Shown here in pieces: positions 10,501 to 19,638 of a stretch of 64,000 nt of DNA; position 1 is the stretch's first letter, and each line of letters begins with the position of its first letter. The notes below the pieces were generated by a model. That model saw only the letters and a list, made by a program, of their open reading frames with translations. It was not told where the DNA came from and did not search any database. Location of the stretch: assembly GCA_947253875.1 (NCBI GenBank), contig CAMYAM010000006.1, positions 34,604-98,603 of the forward strand, in the 5' to 3' direction. A program made the translations under genes and the position numbers. This stretch comes from an uncultured Fastidiosipila sp. Its GTDB lineage: Bacteria > Bacillota > Clostridia > Saccharofermentanales > Fastidiosipilaceae.

Positions 10501-11647
10501 TTTAAGCTGGAGCATCTCAAACAAAGAAGTTAAAGACTTAGCTAAACAGGTAGGAATTAAGCAACTGCAAGCAACTTTGAATATTGATAAGCAAGAATAT
10601 ACGTATGACTTAGATCTCATTGTAAATGACTTTGCGGAAGTAGAAGATTTTTCAATGGCTTGTCTAGATAATTATTTACCGGAACTACCAAAGAGTGCCC
10701 ATGTTTATGATTTGTTGGGACAGAGTGAAGTTCTAGAACTTGAGAATTGGATTAATTTAGAAACTGGTAAAGAGCTAGAGATTGCGGACTTAATTGCTGG
10801 TAAAGTTATTAATCTTGTGGCGAAAGTAAAAGGCAATGTTTTGCAGTCTCGCTTAAGTCTCAGAATCACTGCAGAGAAAACACTTTCGTATAATAAGGCA
10901 CAGGAGTGGAATGGGTCCGAGTTACCTGCAGGAATTGCCAGTCACACTAATCCAGAAACTAAGATTTCTGTGTTGAATAACAACCAGATTGATTATGGAC
11001 TGAATGATTTATGGAACAACAATAATAGTAATAATTTAGAAGATTGGGTTGGTATTTTGCTTGGTAGAGCAGGAGAATTAGAACTGACAAAAATAGATAA
11101 TATTGGAGTTCATTTTGCTGGAGAAAATCTAGTAGATGATTTCCATGTTGAGTATTACGTTGGTGAAAATCCTGGTACGATCAAGAATTACGCAAATGTA
11201 GAGCAGGAGAGCACCCCTCTAAATAACTCAAATAATTGGCGAGCAATTACAGACTATAAGATTACAGATTTATCGAATGGAGAAACCAGAGAACAGTTGT
11301 TAGCAGGACAAGAGAATAATTTGATCTTTGCACCTGTTGAAACATATGCGTTTAGAATAAGAAGTAAAGAAAGTTTGAGTTTAACTGAAATTAGAGCTCA
11401 TGCATTTGAAGCCAAAGCCAAGAACAATTTTGATCTTAAAGCAACTACGCCAGTTGGTGAAGTTGAGTTGAATCCACTGCAATATGCCTATGTGTTTTCT
11501 AAGGAGATGAGAGAAGGGTTCAGATTGGTCAGTAATAATAATTCTGTTCTAATAAAATTACCAAGCCTGGATGATAATGAACTAAAATATTTAATAAAGA
11601 ATGAGGCAAACACTAGCGAAAGTGTTTACACAGTTAAATTTGAATAA
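7598..11647 (+). CDS. Large GH2-family beta-galactosidase (1349 aa) with C-terminal Ig-like/accessory domains, no signal peptide
   Basis: N-terminus begins directly in the GH2 sugar-binding domain (NWSFKLNE…DLPHDWSIE). Contains the GH2 TIM-barrel (NAIRTAHNPH, WSIGNE nucleophile region) and a long repeat-rich C-terminal region. RBS gaggagatg. Confidence 0.8.
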   Translation: MSVININSNWSFKLNEKVNPTSLNIEELKEWRKLDLPHDWSIEFEFNSQSLANNEGGLLDGGTAYYAKVLDVPESLRNKDIRIRFGGIYMDSTCYINGKFVGNYPFGYNTFSYNINEYLNIGEQNLILIKVEHPQPSSRWYSGSGIYRDVDLIVKDKIHIKENGVFITTPNIAEQYGSGAGVETRIENKIINSCIEKSGFVENGATIILQQSIEDADGNAISELAEMKLSLDRRESKVIQSIWVNDIELWSIDSPKLYYVTTRIYDANDKSLLDERKDRFGYRYFDWDVETGFSLNGQHLDIQGVCMHSDQGALGAVANKKAFVRQLKIMKNMGVNAIRTAHNPHDKKFIEACDELGLLVQEESFDTWSGKPKKAYDYNRFFNQLATHPDAEAGQTWAEFDVKAMVNRDKNSPSVFMWSIGNEIWETSEDYGLEQAANLVKWVKEIDQTRYVTMGEDKFRFDLENENFQEIADLLDIVGINYAEDNFELIREMHPHWKIYGSETASAVSSRGIYYEPAVKDKAITGNPEKPLRNYQTSDYGNDRVGWGKTASAVLIFDRDNQDYAGQFIWTGFDYIGEPTPWHNEPDTPAKSSYFGIVDTAGFPKSEYYLYQSQWANPNKKMVHILPHWNWSQEDREITFAQGTDLKRDDNNIPVRIYSNANAVELYLNGESLGEKRFKKKITSFGREYQEGQSADELYLEWIIPWEAGELLAIAKDEASNEVASDAVVTAGVPVAIRLLAETDELNIAKADLAYVQFEIVDAKGNVVPYADDLINFEVIGAADILGVDNGNASSQERYKYLESDWKRKAFSGKGLVILGSKKEAGDILLKASGEGLESAEIKLTAVGEFKEDILGYDLSEMFVDLDGELSLPETIELLFADGSSFISRVKWENFSKENLSELGSFVIEGELEYEQYPVEVKINVVDFSDRTVDSVVKDKVVINLGDYLQLPDTAEVVFANGLREEHDLSWSISNKEVKDLAKQVGIKQLQATLNIDKQEYTYDLDLIVNDFAEVEDFSMACLDNYLPELPKSAHVYDLLGQSEVLELENWINLETGKELEIADLIAGKVINLVAKVKGNVLQSRLSLRITAEKTLSYNKAQEWNGSELPAGIASHTNPETKISVLNNNQIDYGLNDLWNNNNSNNLEDWVGILLGRAGELELTKIDNIGVHFAGENLVDDFHVEYYVGENPGTIKNYANVEQESTPLNNSNNWRAITDYKITDLSNGETREQLLAGQENNLIFAPVETYAFRIRSKESLSLTEIRAHAFEAKAKNNFDLKATTPVGEVELNPLQYAYVFSKEMREGFRLVSNNNSVLIKLPSLDDNELKYLIKNEANTSESVYTVKFE

Positions 11648-11686
11648 TATTTGCTTTGTGTATAAATTAACGTCCACTAAAATATT

Positions 11687-11720
11687 GAACCGCATTAAGA
11701 ATTATTGATGCGGTTCTTTT
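11687..11720 (+). terminator. Rho-independent terminator after the GH2 gene
   Basis: gaaccgcattaagaattattgatgcggttc followed by tttt. Confidence 0.6.
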
Positions 11721-11853
11721 CCGCAAATATTAAAATAAAAACTTCAAAATTTAGTTATGCGATTAACTACAAGCTGTGGCTAGATTTGCAAACAATAATT
11801 TTAAATATTAATTTGGTTAAGCGGTTAACCTATAAAAACACTGTATTTATCGC

Positions 11854-11883
11854 CTTGACAAAGATTTGTTAACCTATTATTAT
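11854..11883 (+). promoter_or_regulatory. Near-consensus sigma-A promoter (TTGACA-N17-TATTAT) about 370 nt upstream of the next ORF
   Basis: ttgacaaagatttgttaacctattattat read directly. Only tiny ORFs lie downstream before the metallopeptidase gene at 12250. Confidence 0.4.
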
Positions 11884-12249
11884 ATTTACTCATAGGATTA
11901 ATTCAGAGTAATGTACTGTCTCCTATACAGAAATATTTAAATGCTTATATTACTGAAAATTTGGACTTACTCTTAGAATTATTCACTAATTTCTTTTCTC
12001 CGTCGAAGGTGTGGCGTTCCCAAACTATTCCATACCTTCTTTTTTTATGCAATTTTAGGATAGTTGGGGAGTGTAATATTGTGTCTATAGTATTTCAACT
12101 GTTAGCAATTATTATAATTTGCTAGGAAACTATCTCTTTAAACATTCGGAGAAAATAATTGCTTGAGATAAGATGTTTAGAATTACTATGTAAGCTACAT
12201 ATAAATGATATTATTAGATGTATTAATAAGCCTCGAAAGGAAAATATAT

Positions 12250-13203
12250 ATGAGATGGAGAGATAGACAAGGTAGTAAGAATGTGCAGTCAAGCAGTGGT
12301 AGAGCGCCCCGAGGAAATGGGGGTTTCGGAAGAGGCGGCGGTAGAATACCACTACCTATAGGTGGTCTGCTTGGTGGAGGCGGAGGCATTGGTTTAATTA
12401 TTTTACTTGTAGTCTTTCTCATGCTCTCAGATGGATTCGGCGGTGGTGTTGCTCAAAATAATAATGGAGTTCAGCCAAATTCAAGTAAGTACGAGCAGAA
12501 TCAGGATTTTACAGGCAAAGAAGGTGATCCTCAGACGGCAGAAGAGATGCGTCATTTCTTAGCGGTTTCACTTAAAGATAGTGAGGACACATGGGAAGAA
12601 ATATTTGCTAAGCATAATTCTAGATATAATGCACCAACCCTACATACCTTTACAGAATATGTGCAGAGTGGATGTGGTGGAGCAAGTAAGGCTGTAGGAC
12701 CATTTTATTGCTCACTCGATAGAACTATTTATATAGATATGTCTTTTTATAGTGAATTAAAAAATAAATTTGGCGCTTCAGGTGATTTTACCATGTCTTA
12801 TGTGCTTTCTCATGAGGTAGGGCATCATGTACAAAATGAGTTAGGGATTCTTGAAGAAGCACATAAAATGATGCGTAATGTCAGTAAGAAAGAAGCTAAT
12901 GAAATTAGTGTCCGTTTAGAGCTACAAGCAGATTATTTTGCTGGAGTTGTTGCTAAGTATCAGGATCAAAAAGGATATTTAAGTAATGGAGATATCAAAG
13001 AAGCTATCACTGCAGCTCAAGCTATTGGTGATGATGTAATTCAAAAGAAAGCTCAAGGATACGTAGTTCCGGAAAACTTCACGCATGGTTCTGCAGCTCA
13101 ACGTATGTACTGGTATAAGCTAGGTTTCGAACATGGAGATTTGGAACATGGCGATACATTTAGTATGTCATTCTCTGAATTGCAAGAAAAAGTAAGCCGT
13201 TGA
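12250..13203 (+). CDS. YpfJ-family putative neutral zinc metallopeptidase (HExxH), Gly-rich N-terminus + TM
   Basis: G-rich N-terminus (GNGGFGRGGG), one TM, HEVGHH zinc motif, and C-terminal region typical of the YpfJ/KPN_02809 family. Start moved to ATG 12250 (MRWRDRQ), downstream of the AT-rich ORF-track start. Confidence 0.7.
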   Translation: MRWRDRQGSKNVQSSSGRAPRGNGGFGRGGGRIPLPIGGLLGGGGGIGLIILLVVFLMLSDGFGGGVAQNNNGVQPNSSKYEQNQDFTGKEGDPQTAEEMRHFLAVSLKDSEDTWEEIFAKHNSRYNAPTLHTFTEYVQSGCGGASKAVGPFYCSLDRTIYIDMSFYSELKNKFGASGDFTMSYVLSHEVGHHVQNELGILEEAHKMMRNVSKKEANEISVRLELQADYFAGVVAKYQDQKGYLSNGDIKEAITAAQAIGDDVIQKKAQGYVVPENFTHGSAAQRMYWYKLGFEHGDLEHGDTFSMSFSELQEKVSR

Positions 13204-13390
13204 ATTTGGTTAAATATAGAATTTGAAATGAATGTTTTTCAAGAACATGAAATTGTATCCAAAAATCTATGAATTACCTATTTATTTTGCTTTTCAGAAT
13301 TGTTATAAACAGTTAAAATACATAGGATAAGTTTAACTTCTTAAATGCTTTAATATGAGTATTAACTTTTATTATATGAAAGGTAATGTA

Positions 13391-14236
13391 ATGAATAATT
13401 TTAACGTAGAAAATGGTACGAAAATAAATGAAGTTGCTGATGTAATTGATACAGAAATAAATGATGAAGGCTCTTCTAGAGTTTCAAGATTAAATGTAAA
13501 TAACAAGTTTGTTCCAGAAGTATATTCAAGGCTTAGAAAAGCTAACAGACAGGCTACACCTAAGATTATTAGAAATGCTAGTGGTATCAATATTTTTGGT
13601 AGAAGAATTAAATCTTTAGTTTTTTCTACCGATGTTGCAACACTTTGCTATACGGATGCTGATGCGATTTTGGCAGTATATCCACATACACCACATCCGG
13701 CAATTATTGAAGCAATCACAGGAGTTGCTTCTCAACCTGTTTTTGCAGGAGTTGGTGGTGGAATTACTAAAGGAAGTAGAAGTGCTACAATTGCTCAATT
13801 TGCGGAAGCTCGTGGAGCTATGGGAATTGTTGTTAACTCTCCAACTACAGTAGAAACAATTGCTTTAATAGATGAAATGGTAGACTCCCCGATTGTGGCT
13901 ACCGTTGTTAGCCAGTATGATGATATCGCAGGTAAATTAGCTGCTGGTGTAGATATTTTGAATGTTGCTAATGGAAAAAACACAGCCAACCTAGTACGTT
14001 GGATTCGTAAACATTACCCAACAGTTCCAATTATAGCAACAGGTGGTGGTAATGATGAGTCAATTCAAGAAACAATCGATGCTGGTGCAAATGCAATAAG
14101 TTTCGCTCCACCTACAAATGCAGAACTGTTTAAAGAATTAATGGGCAAGTATAGAACTGAGCGTAAAGAAGATTTTATGGCAGAACATGATGGAATGACT
14201 ATAACTGAATTTGAAAAGCTGAATGAAGATAATTAA
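13391..14236 (+). CDS. TIM-barrel (ribulose-phosphate-binding-barrel-like) protein, function unclear
   Basis: Alternating beta/alpha pattern with Gly-rich phosphate-binding-like loops (AGVGGGITKGS, IIATGGGNDE). Start at ATG 13391 after RBS aaagg. Family assignment by eye is uncertain. Confidence 0.45.
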   Translation: MNNFNVENGTKINEVADVIDTEINDEGSSRVSRLNVNNKFVPEVYSRLRKANRQATPKIIRNASGINIFGRRIKSLVFSTDVATLCYTDADAILAVYPHTPHPAIIEAITGVASQPVFAGVGGGITKGSRSATIAQFAEARGAMGIVVNSPTTVETIALIDEMVDSPIVATVVSQYDDIAGKLAAGVDILNVANGKNTANLVRWIRKHYPTVPIIATGGGNDESIQETIDAGANAISFAPPTNAELFKELMGKYRTERKEDFMAEHDGMTITEFEKLNEDN

Positions 14237-14338
14237 GTAAATTTAGTTAATGAATAAGTGAATTAAGTCAATTAAATTAAACAAGTTAAGTTATTGAAGC
14301 TATTTAATTAAATTAAAAATGAGAGTGAGGGTAATGCG

Positions 14339-15766
14339 TTGACATCAACATGGCAAAATGACAAGGCAGATATAAGGCAAAATATTTTACAGATTATTTT
14401 GCCAGTTATATTGGAAAATGTTTTGAGTATGCTTGCAGCTTTAATTGCATCGAGTATGCTTGGACACTTAGATGATTTTGGCATGTCTAGTGTTACAGCA
14501 GTTTCAGCTCAAGGGATTTCAACTCAAGTTACAAATATAGTCTGGCACCTTTTCAAAGGTGTTTCTATTGGTGGAACAATCATGATCGCCCAGGCGAGAG
14601 GTAGAGAAGACGAGATTCGTATGCAAAACTTGAGTCGTACAGTCATAAAGTCATTGCTTTTATTCTCGATTCCTGCTGCAATATTTTTATTTGTATTCGG
14701 AGAAAATATACTTAAAGCATTTTACAATCCCGATCCTGAAGTCTTAAGAATGGGTACTCGATATCTAAGAATATCTGTAATGGGCTTCCCAGCTTTGGCT
14801 GTCATGCTATCTACAACAGGTATTTATCAAGGACGTGGAGATACCAAGACCCCAATGTTCCTGACCTTGTTTTTTAACGTGGTCAATATAATTGTAGCGG
14901 TTCCGCTGGTGCTAGGTTTACCGTTTGGCCCAAGAATTGGTTCTACAGGTGCGGCAATTGCGCTAATAGTGGCACAATACGCTACGGCAACATTTGCTCT
15001 CGTGGGAATGTTTAGACCAGGTGGTATTTTAAACCTGGAAATGATCAGTAGAGATGTTATTAATCCTATTTTTTCTTTGAGAGGTGGAGGAAAAATTTGG
15101 AGCAAAGGTCTTCCTTCAAGTTTTGAGACTATATTCTGGCAAGTATCTTCTATTATTATGGGATCGATTTTTATGTCTTTCGGAAAGACTGCCTATACTG
15201 CTAACCAATTAGGACTTCAAGCAGAAGGATTGGCAGATATGCCAGCTATCGGTTTTGGTATTGCAAGTACAACTTTAGTTGGAAGTTTAATAGGTGCTAG
15301 ACAATTTGTTTTGGGCAAAGAGTATACCAAAGAAATTCGTAACATGGCTATTGCAGTTATGACCGTTGGTACTTTTGTATTAATAACTTTCCCAGAACAG
15401 TTAATGGGACTATTAACAAGCAATCAAGAAGTTATAGACTTAGGTAGTAAATATGTAAGAATAATGGGATTTATCCAAATACCTCAAAATCTACAGAGAA
15501 TTTATACAGGTGCTTTGAAAGGCGTTGGCAAAACTATTTGGCCAATGATTATTGCAGGTATTGGAATTTGGCTAATAAGAGTGCCATTCTCGCTAATGAT
15601 TTATAATTTTACTTCTTGGCCTGTTTGGACAATCTGGTTTGTTGTTGCAATTGACCAGGTCTCAAGGTTTGTTATTAGTTTGATAATTTATAAGAAACTC
15701 GACATTTGGAACCCTAAACATTATGAAGAGGAAGAGCTAGAGGAATTGACTGAAAAAGTTTCGTAA
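14339..15766 (+). CDS. MATE-family multidrug/oligosaccharidyl-lipid efflux transporter
   Basis: 12-TM protein with MATE-like bipartite repeat. The ORF-track start is TTG 14339 with gagggt upstream. No in-frame ATG lies before TM1. Confidence 0.65.
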   Translation: MTSTWQNDKADIRQNILQIILPVILENVLSMLAALIASSMLGHLDDFGMSSVTAVSAQGISTQVTNIVWHLFKGVSIGGTIMIAQARGREDEIRMQNLSRTVIKSLLLFSIPAAIFLFVFGENILKAFYNPDPEVLRMGTRYLRISVMGFPALAVMLSTTGIYQGRGDTKTPMFLTLFFNVVNIIVAVPLVLGLPFGPRIGSTGAAIALIVAQYATATFALVGMFRPGGILNLEMISRDVINPIFSLRGGGKIWSKGLPSSFETIFWQVSSIIMGSIFMSFGKTAYTANQLGLQAEGLADMPAIGFGIASTTLVGSLIGARQFVLGKEYTKEIRNMAIAVMTVGTFVLITFPEQLMGLLTSNQEVIDLGSKYVRIMGFIQIPQNLQRIYTGALKGVGKTIWPMIIAGIGIWLIRVPFSLMIYNFTSWPVWTIWFVVAIDQVSRFVISLIIYKKLDIWNPKHYEEEELEELTEKVS

Positions 15767-15847
15767 TTTAAACGTAATCGGAAATCATCAAACAAGGGAA
15801 GTATGCTTGACTTAAATTGAAGAGACTACTAGATTGGAGGAAAGTTA

Positions 15848-16966
15848 ATGACAAAGAATAGTAGTTTAGGACAGGGTAGATTTAAAAAGTTTCTTGAGAA
15901 GCAAGGAATAGAGCTTTCTTGGAAACATTATTTAGTTGATGCATTGGGGGCAATGGCTTTGGGGCTATTTGCCTCTTTATTAATTGGTACAATAATGAAT
16001 ACAGTAGGTAGCCTATTGCCAGGGGATACTGAGTTTGCTCAATTCCTGATCAAAGCAGGTGAGTTTGCAAGCAAAGCTTCTGGAGCTGCGATGAGTATTG
16101 CAATAGCATATAGTTTGAATGCTCCACCATTAGTGTTGTATTCAATGGTTGCAGTAGGGATTTCAGCCAATCAATTAGGTGGTGCAGGCGGACCATTAGC
16201 CGTATTTATTATTGCAATTATCACTACTGAGTTAGGTAAATTAGTTTCCAAAACTACACCAGTAGATGTCATTGTTACACCTACAGTAACTATATTATCA
16301 GGTGTGGGCTTATCCTATGGAATTGCCCCAACAGTAGGTTATTTAGCAAGTTTAGTTGGAGCAGCAATTATTCAAGCCACTAATATAGCACCATTCTTGA
16401 TGGGAATAGTTGTTTCAGTTCTAATGGGTATTGCCCTTACGTTACCAATAAGTTCCGCAGCTATTGCAGCAGCTTTTGGTTTAACAGGTTTGGCTGGTGG
16501 AGCGGCATATGCAGGTTGTTGTGCTCAAATGGTAGGCTTCGCAGTAATGAGTTTCAAAGAGAATCGCTGGAGTGGTTTATTATCTCAAGGTATTGGAACA
16601 TCAATGTTGCAAATGCCTAATATAGTAAAAAATCCAAAAATCTGGATACCACCAATTTTAGCCTCAGCAGTAACAGGGCCTCTAGCTACAACTTTATTTA
16701 AATTGGAGATGAATGGTGCGCCAATTTCTTCAGGTATGGGTACATCTGGTTTAGTAGGTCAAATAGGTCTTATTACAGGCTGGATAAATCCATCTGAAGC
16801 AGCGCTAGCACATGGAGCAACTATAGTTACCCCAGGAGTTTGGGAGTATAGTGGAATGCTATTAATTGGTTTCATTTTACCTGCTATTTTAACTTTATTA
16901 TTTGCATACCCAATGCGCAAGAAGTCCTGGATTAAGTCGGAAGATTTGAAGTTGAATTTGGGTTAG
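15848..16966 (+). CDS. PTS EIIC-like membrane protein (PTS_EIIC_2-type), orphan
   Basis: N-terminus KKFLEKQGIELSWKHYLVDALGAMALGLFASLLIGTI is typical of the EIIC_2 family. No EIIA/EIIB is nearby. RBS ggagga. Confidence 0.55.
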   Translation: MTKNSSLGQGRFKKFLEKQGIELSWKHYLVDALGAMALGLFASLLIGTIMNTVGSLLPGDTEFAQFLIKAGEFASKASGAAMSIAIAYSLNAPPLVLYSMVAVGISANQLGGAGGPLAVFIIAIITTELGKLVSKTTPVDVIVTPTVTILSGVGLSYGIAPTVGYLASLVGAAIIQATNIAPFLMGIVVSVLMGIALTLPISSAAIAAAFGLTGLAGGAAYAGCCAQMVGFAVMSFKENRWSGLLSQGIGTSMLQMPNIVKNPKIWIPPILASAVTGPLATTLFKLEMNGAPISSGMGTSGLVGQIGLITGWINPSEAALAHGATIVTPGVWEYSGMLLIGFILPAILTLLFAYPMRKKSWIKSEDLKLNLG

Positions 16967-17080
16967 AAAAATCTAAAAATACACTGCTCTATAGAAACTT
17001 TTAGCATATATTTATCCGAGCATTTAACATATTATTGATATACAATAAAATACATAAAAAAATTTTTGAGGGCGAGGGAC

Positions 17081-19480
17081 ATGTTTAAATTAAATCACGA
17101 TAAATTCAATCCAATGGCAAGGGCTAATTCAGTAATTCAAGGCGACAAATATAGAATAACTGTTTTGAGCAAGAATTTACTCCGCTTCGAGTATCAAGAA
17201 GATGGAAATTTTCAAGATGAAGTTACCACAATGGTAATCAACAGAGATTTCCCAGAAGTAGAGTTTAAAACCTACAGAAAAGACGGACTTCTATATGTTG
17301 ATACTGGCGATTTGTTGCTCAGTTATGATGAAGAAGAACCTACAGCATATGGCTTACAAATAAGAGTTCTAAGTAGTGCAGTTAACTGGAACTATGGTAA
17401 ACAAGAAGACGGTAATCTCGGTGGTACAGCAAGGACTCTTGATACAATAGATGGTGCTGTAGATGTTGGTCGTGGTGTGATTTCAAGATCTGGTTATGTA
17501 GTCATTGATGATGCTAATTCTGCAATGATTGATGGTGATGGTTGGTTCCAAGCTTCAGATAACGCTAGAGTCGATCTTTATTTCTTTGGACATGGTAGAG
17601 ATTACCAAGGGGCAATTGATGATTTCTATAGATTGTCAGGTCCTACACCATTATTGCCCAGGTTTGTTTTTGGTAACTGGTGGAGCCGCTACCATAGATA
17701 TGATGAAGAAGAGTATATGGACTTGATGCAGAAGTTTGCTGACAAAGACATTCCTTTATCTGTTGCAGTTATCGATATGGACTGGCATATTACCGAAGTT
17801 GAGCCGCAATATTTGACCGGTTGGACAGGTTATACCTGGAATCAAGACTTGTTCCCAGATCCAGAGAGATTCCTGGCTAAGCTCCATGATTTAGGACTCA
17901 AGACAACTTTAAACGTGCACCCAGCGGAGGGTATAAGACCTTTTGAAGTTCAGTATGACAACATGTGTAAACGTCTTGGCAAAAATCCAGCAGATGATGA
18001 AATAATTGAGTTTGATTTCACAGATCAGGATTTTGTCGAAGCGTATTTTGAAGAGATTAATCATCGTTATGAAGAGATTGGTGTAGATTTTTGGTGGATT
18101 GATTGGCAACAAGGTACAGTTTCTAGAATGGAAGGCTTAGATCCGTTATGGGCGCTTAACCATTTCTATTACTTGGATAGTTGCAAATCTGAATTTATTG
18201 ATAATGAAGCTGGTGAAAGAGGATTAACTTTCTCACGTTATGCTGGCTTAGGAAGTCATAGGTATCCTGTTGGATTCTCAGGCGATACAGTTATAAGTTG
18301 GGAGAGTTTAGATTTCCAACCTTACTTCACTGCTACTGCAAGTAATGTAGGCTACACTTGGTGGAGTCACGATGTTGGCGGTCACTTCTTAGGGGTCAAG
18401 AATGACGAACTTACATCACGTTGGGTACAGTACTCTGTATTTTCTCCAATATTCAGATTGCATAGTAGTGATAATCCGTTTATGTCCAAAGAACCTTGGA
18501 ACTATAGTGAGCCGTTTGAGACAATTATTTCTGAGTCAATGCGTTTGAGACAAAGGTTGATTCCATATCTCTACACAATGAACTATAGAACTGCCTTGGA
18601 AAACAAAGCCATAGTAATGCCAATGTACTACGTTCATCCGGAGAAAGAAGCAGCTTATCAGGTGCCAAATGAGTATTATTTCGGTTCAGAATTAATTGCT
18701 TGTCCAATAACTAGTCCAATAGATCCGGAAACTCAAGTGGCTAAATTCTCAGTTTGGTTACCAGAAGGTGAGTACTTTGATATCTTTAACCACCGTTGCT
18801 ATGAGGGTGATAAGAATATAAATGTCTATAGAAATATTTATGATATCCCTGTGTTTGCCAAAGCAGGTGCGATTTTACCATTAGATAATGCAGAGAAGTT
18901 AGAAAATGGTACTGCAAATCCAGAGAATTTATTGTTAAAAGTATTTACTGGTGCAGACGGAGAGTTCAACTTAATTGAAGATAATTACGAGCTAATAGAC
19001 CCAAGTGAAAATGACTATGCATGTACAGAGATTAAATATACCTACAACGATGGTGTGAATTCAGTTCTCTCAGTCGACTTAAGTGGTGATTTTGCTGCAA
19101 TCCCAGCAAATAGAAATATAACAGTAGAGTTAGTTGGTGTGAGCGATACAGATGTATATCTAAATGGTGAATTAATCAAAAATACAGAATACAAAGCAGA
19201 TAGACAAAGTTTGCTAGTTAATCTTGGACAGATTGGTAATGAAGCATTTGAGCTAGTATTTACTAATAGCAAAATAGCAGAAGTTTCTGATGAATCTGCG
19301 TTAGAAGATGTGTTCAATATTCTTAATAGAATGCAAATCGATAATGAAATGAAACGTAGAATTTTCAACGAATATAGACGTAATGGTAATAGCAATAAGA
19401 CTTTGAGCAATCTCTATGCAAGTAACGCAGACCAAAAAGTTATAGATGTTCTGGCAGAGTTGTTTTACGCAGGAATTTAA
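17081..19480 (+). CDS. GH31-family glycoside hydrolase (alpha-glucosidase/alpha-xylosidase-like), cytoplasmic
   Basis: 799 aa with GH31-like N-terminal beta-sandwich and TIM-barrel segment (FWWIDWQQG, GFSGDT…). Start at ATG 17081 after gagggcgaggg. The ORF-track start is TTG 17066. Confidence 0.65.
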   Translation: MFKLNHDKFNPMARANSVIQGDKYRITVLSKNLLRFEYQEDGNFQDEVTTMVINRDFPEVEFKTYRKDGLLYVDTGDLLLSYDEEEPTAYGLQIRVLSSAVNWNYGKQEDGNLGGTARTLDTIDGAVDVGRGVISRSGYVVIDDANSAMIDGDGWFQASDNARVDLYFFGHGRDYQGAIDDFYRLSGPTPLLPRFVFGNWWSRYHRYDEEEYMDLMQKFADKDIPLSVAVIDMDWHITEVEPQYLTGWTGYTWNQDLFPDPERFLAKLHDLGLKTTLNVHPAEGIRPFEVQYDNMCKRLGKNPADDEIIEFDFTDQDFVEAYFEEINHRYEEIGVDFWWIDWQQGTVSRMEGLDPLWALNHFYYLDSCKSEFIDNEAGERGLTFSRYAGLGSHRYPVGFSGDTVISWESLDFQPYFTATASNVGYTWWSHDVGGHFLGVKNDELTSRWVQYSVFSPIFRLHSSDNPFMSKEPWNYSEPFETIISESMRLRQRLIPYLYTMNYRTALENKAIVMPMYYVHPEKEAAYQVPNEYYFGSELIACPITSPIDPETQVAKFSVWLPEGEYFDIFNHRCYEGDKNINVYRNIYDIPVFAKAGAILPLDNAEKLENGTANPENLLLKVFTGADGEFNLIEDNYELIDPSENDYACTEIKYTYNDGVNSVLSVDLSGDFAAIPANRNITVELVGVSDTDVYLNGELIKNTEYKADRQSLLVNLGQIGNEAFELVFTNSKIAEVSDESALEDVFNILNRMQIDNEMKRRIFNEYRRNGNSNKTLSNLYASNADQKVIDVLAELFYAGI

Positions 19481-19638
19481 CAGGGACTTAGTTAGAAAAC
19501 AAGGAGTTAGTTAGAAAAAATATTTTCTGTTATACTAGCTTTTACCAAGTAAAGATATTATTTAAAGTGCTCTTAGATAACTGTGGCTTAATAGATTGGC
19601 TGCAGATGATTTAGGAGCATCTTTAGTTAGGAGACAAA

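Noticed and set aside
12195-12422. Proline-rich minus-strand ORF (MRKTTSKIIKPMPPPPPSRPP…)
   Set aside because: It is the antisense of the Gly-rich (GGN codon) N-terminus of the YpfJ-like metallopeptidase. The CCN complement gives a spurious poly-Pro ORF.
19481-19638. Short tandem repeat gacttagttagaaaacaagga / gttagttagaaaaaat between the GH31 and EamA genes
   Set aside because: Only two imperfect copies in an intergenic spacer. Likely promoter or UP-element-like AT-rich DNA with no further structure to support a feature call.
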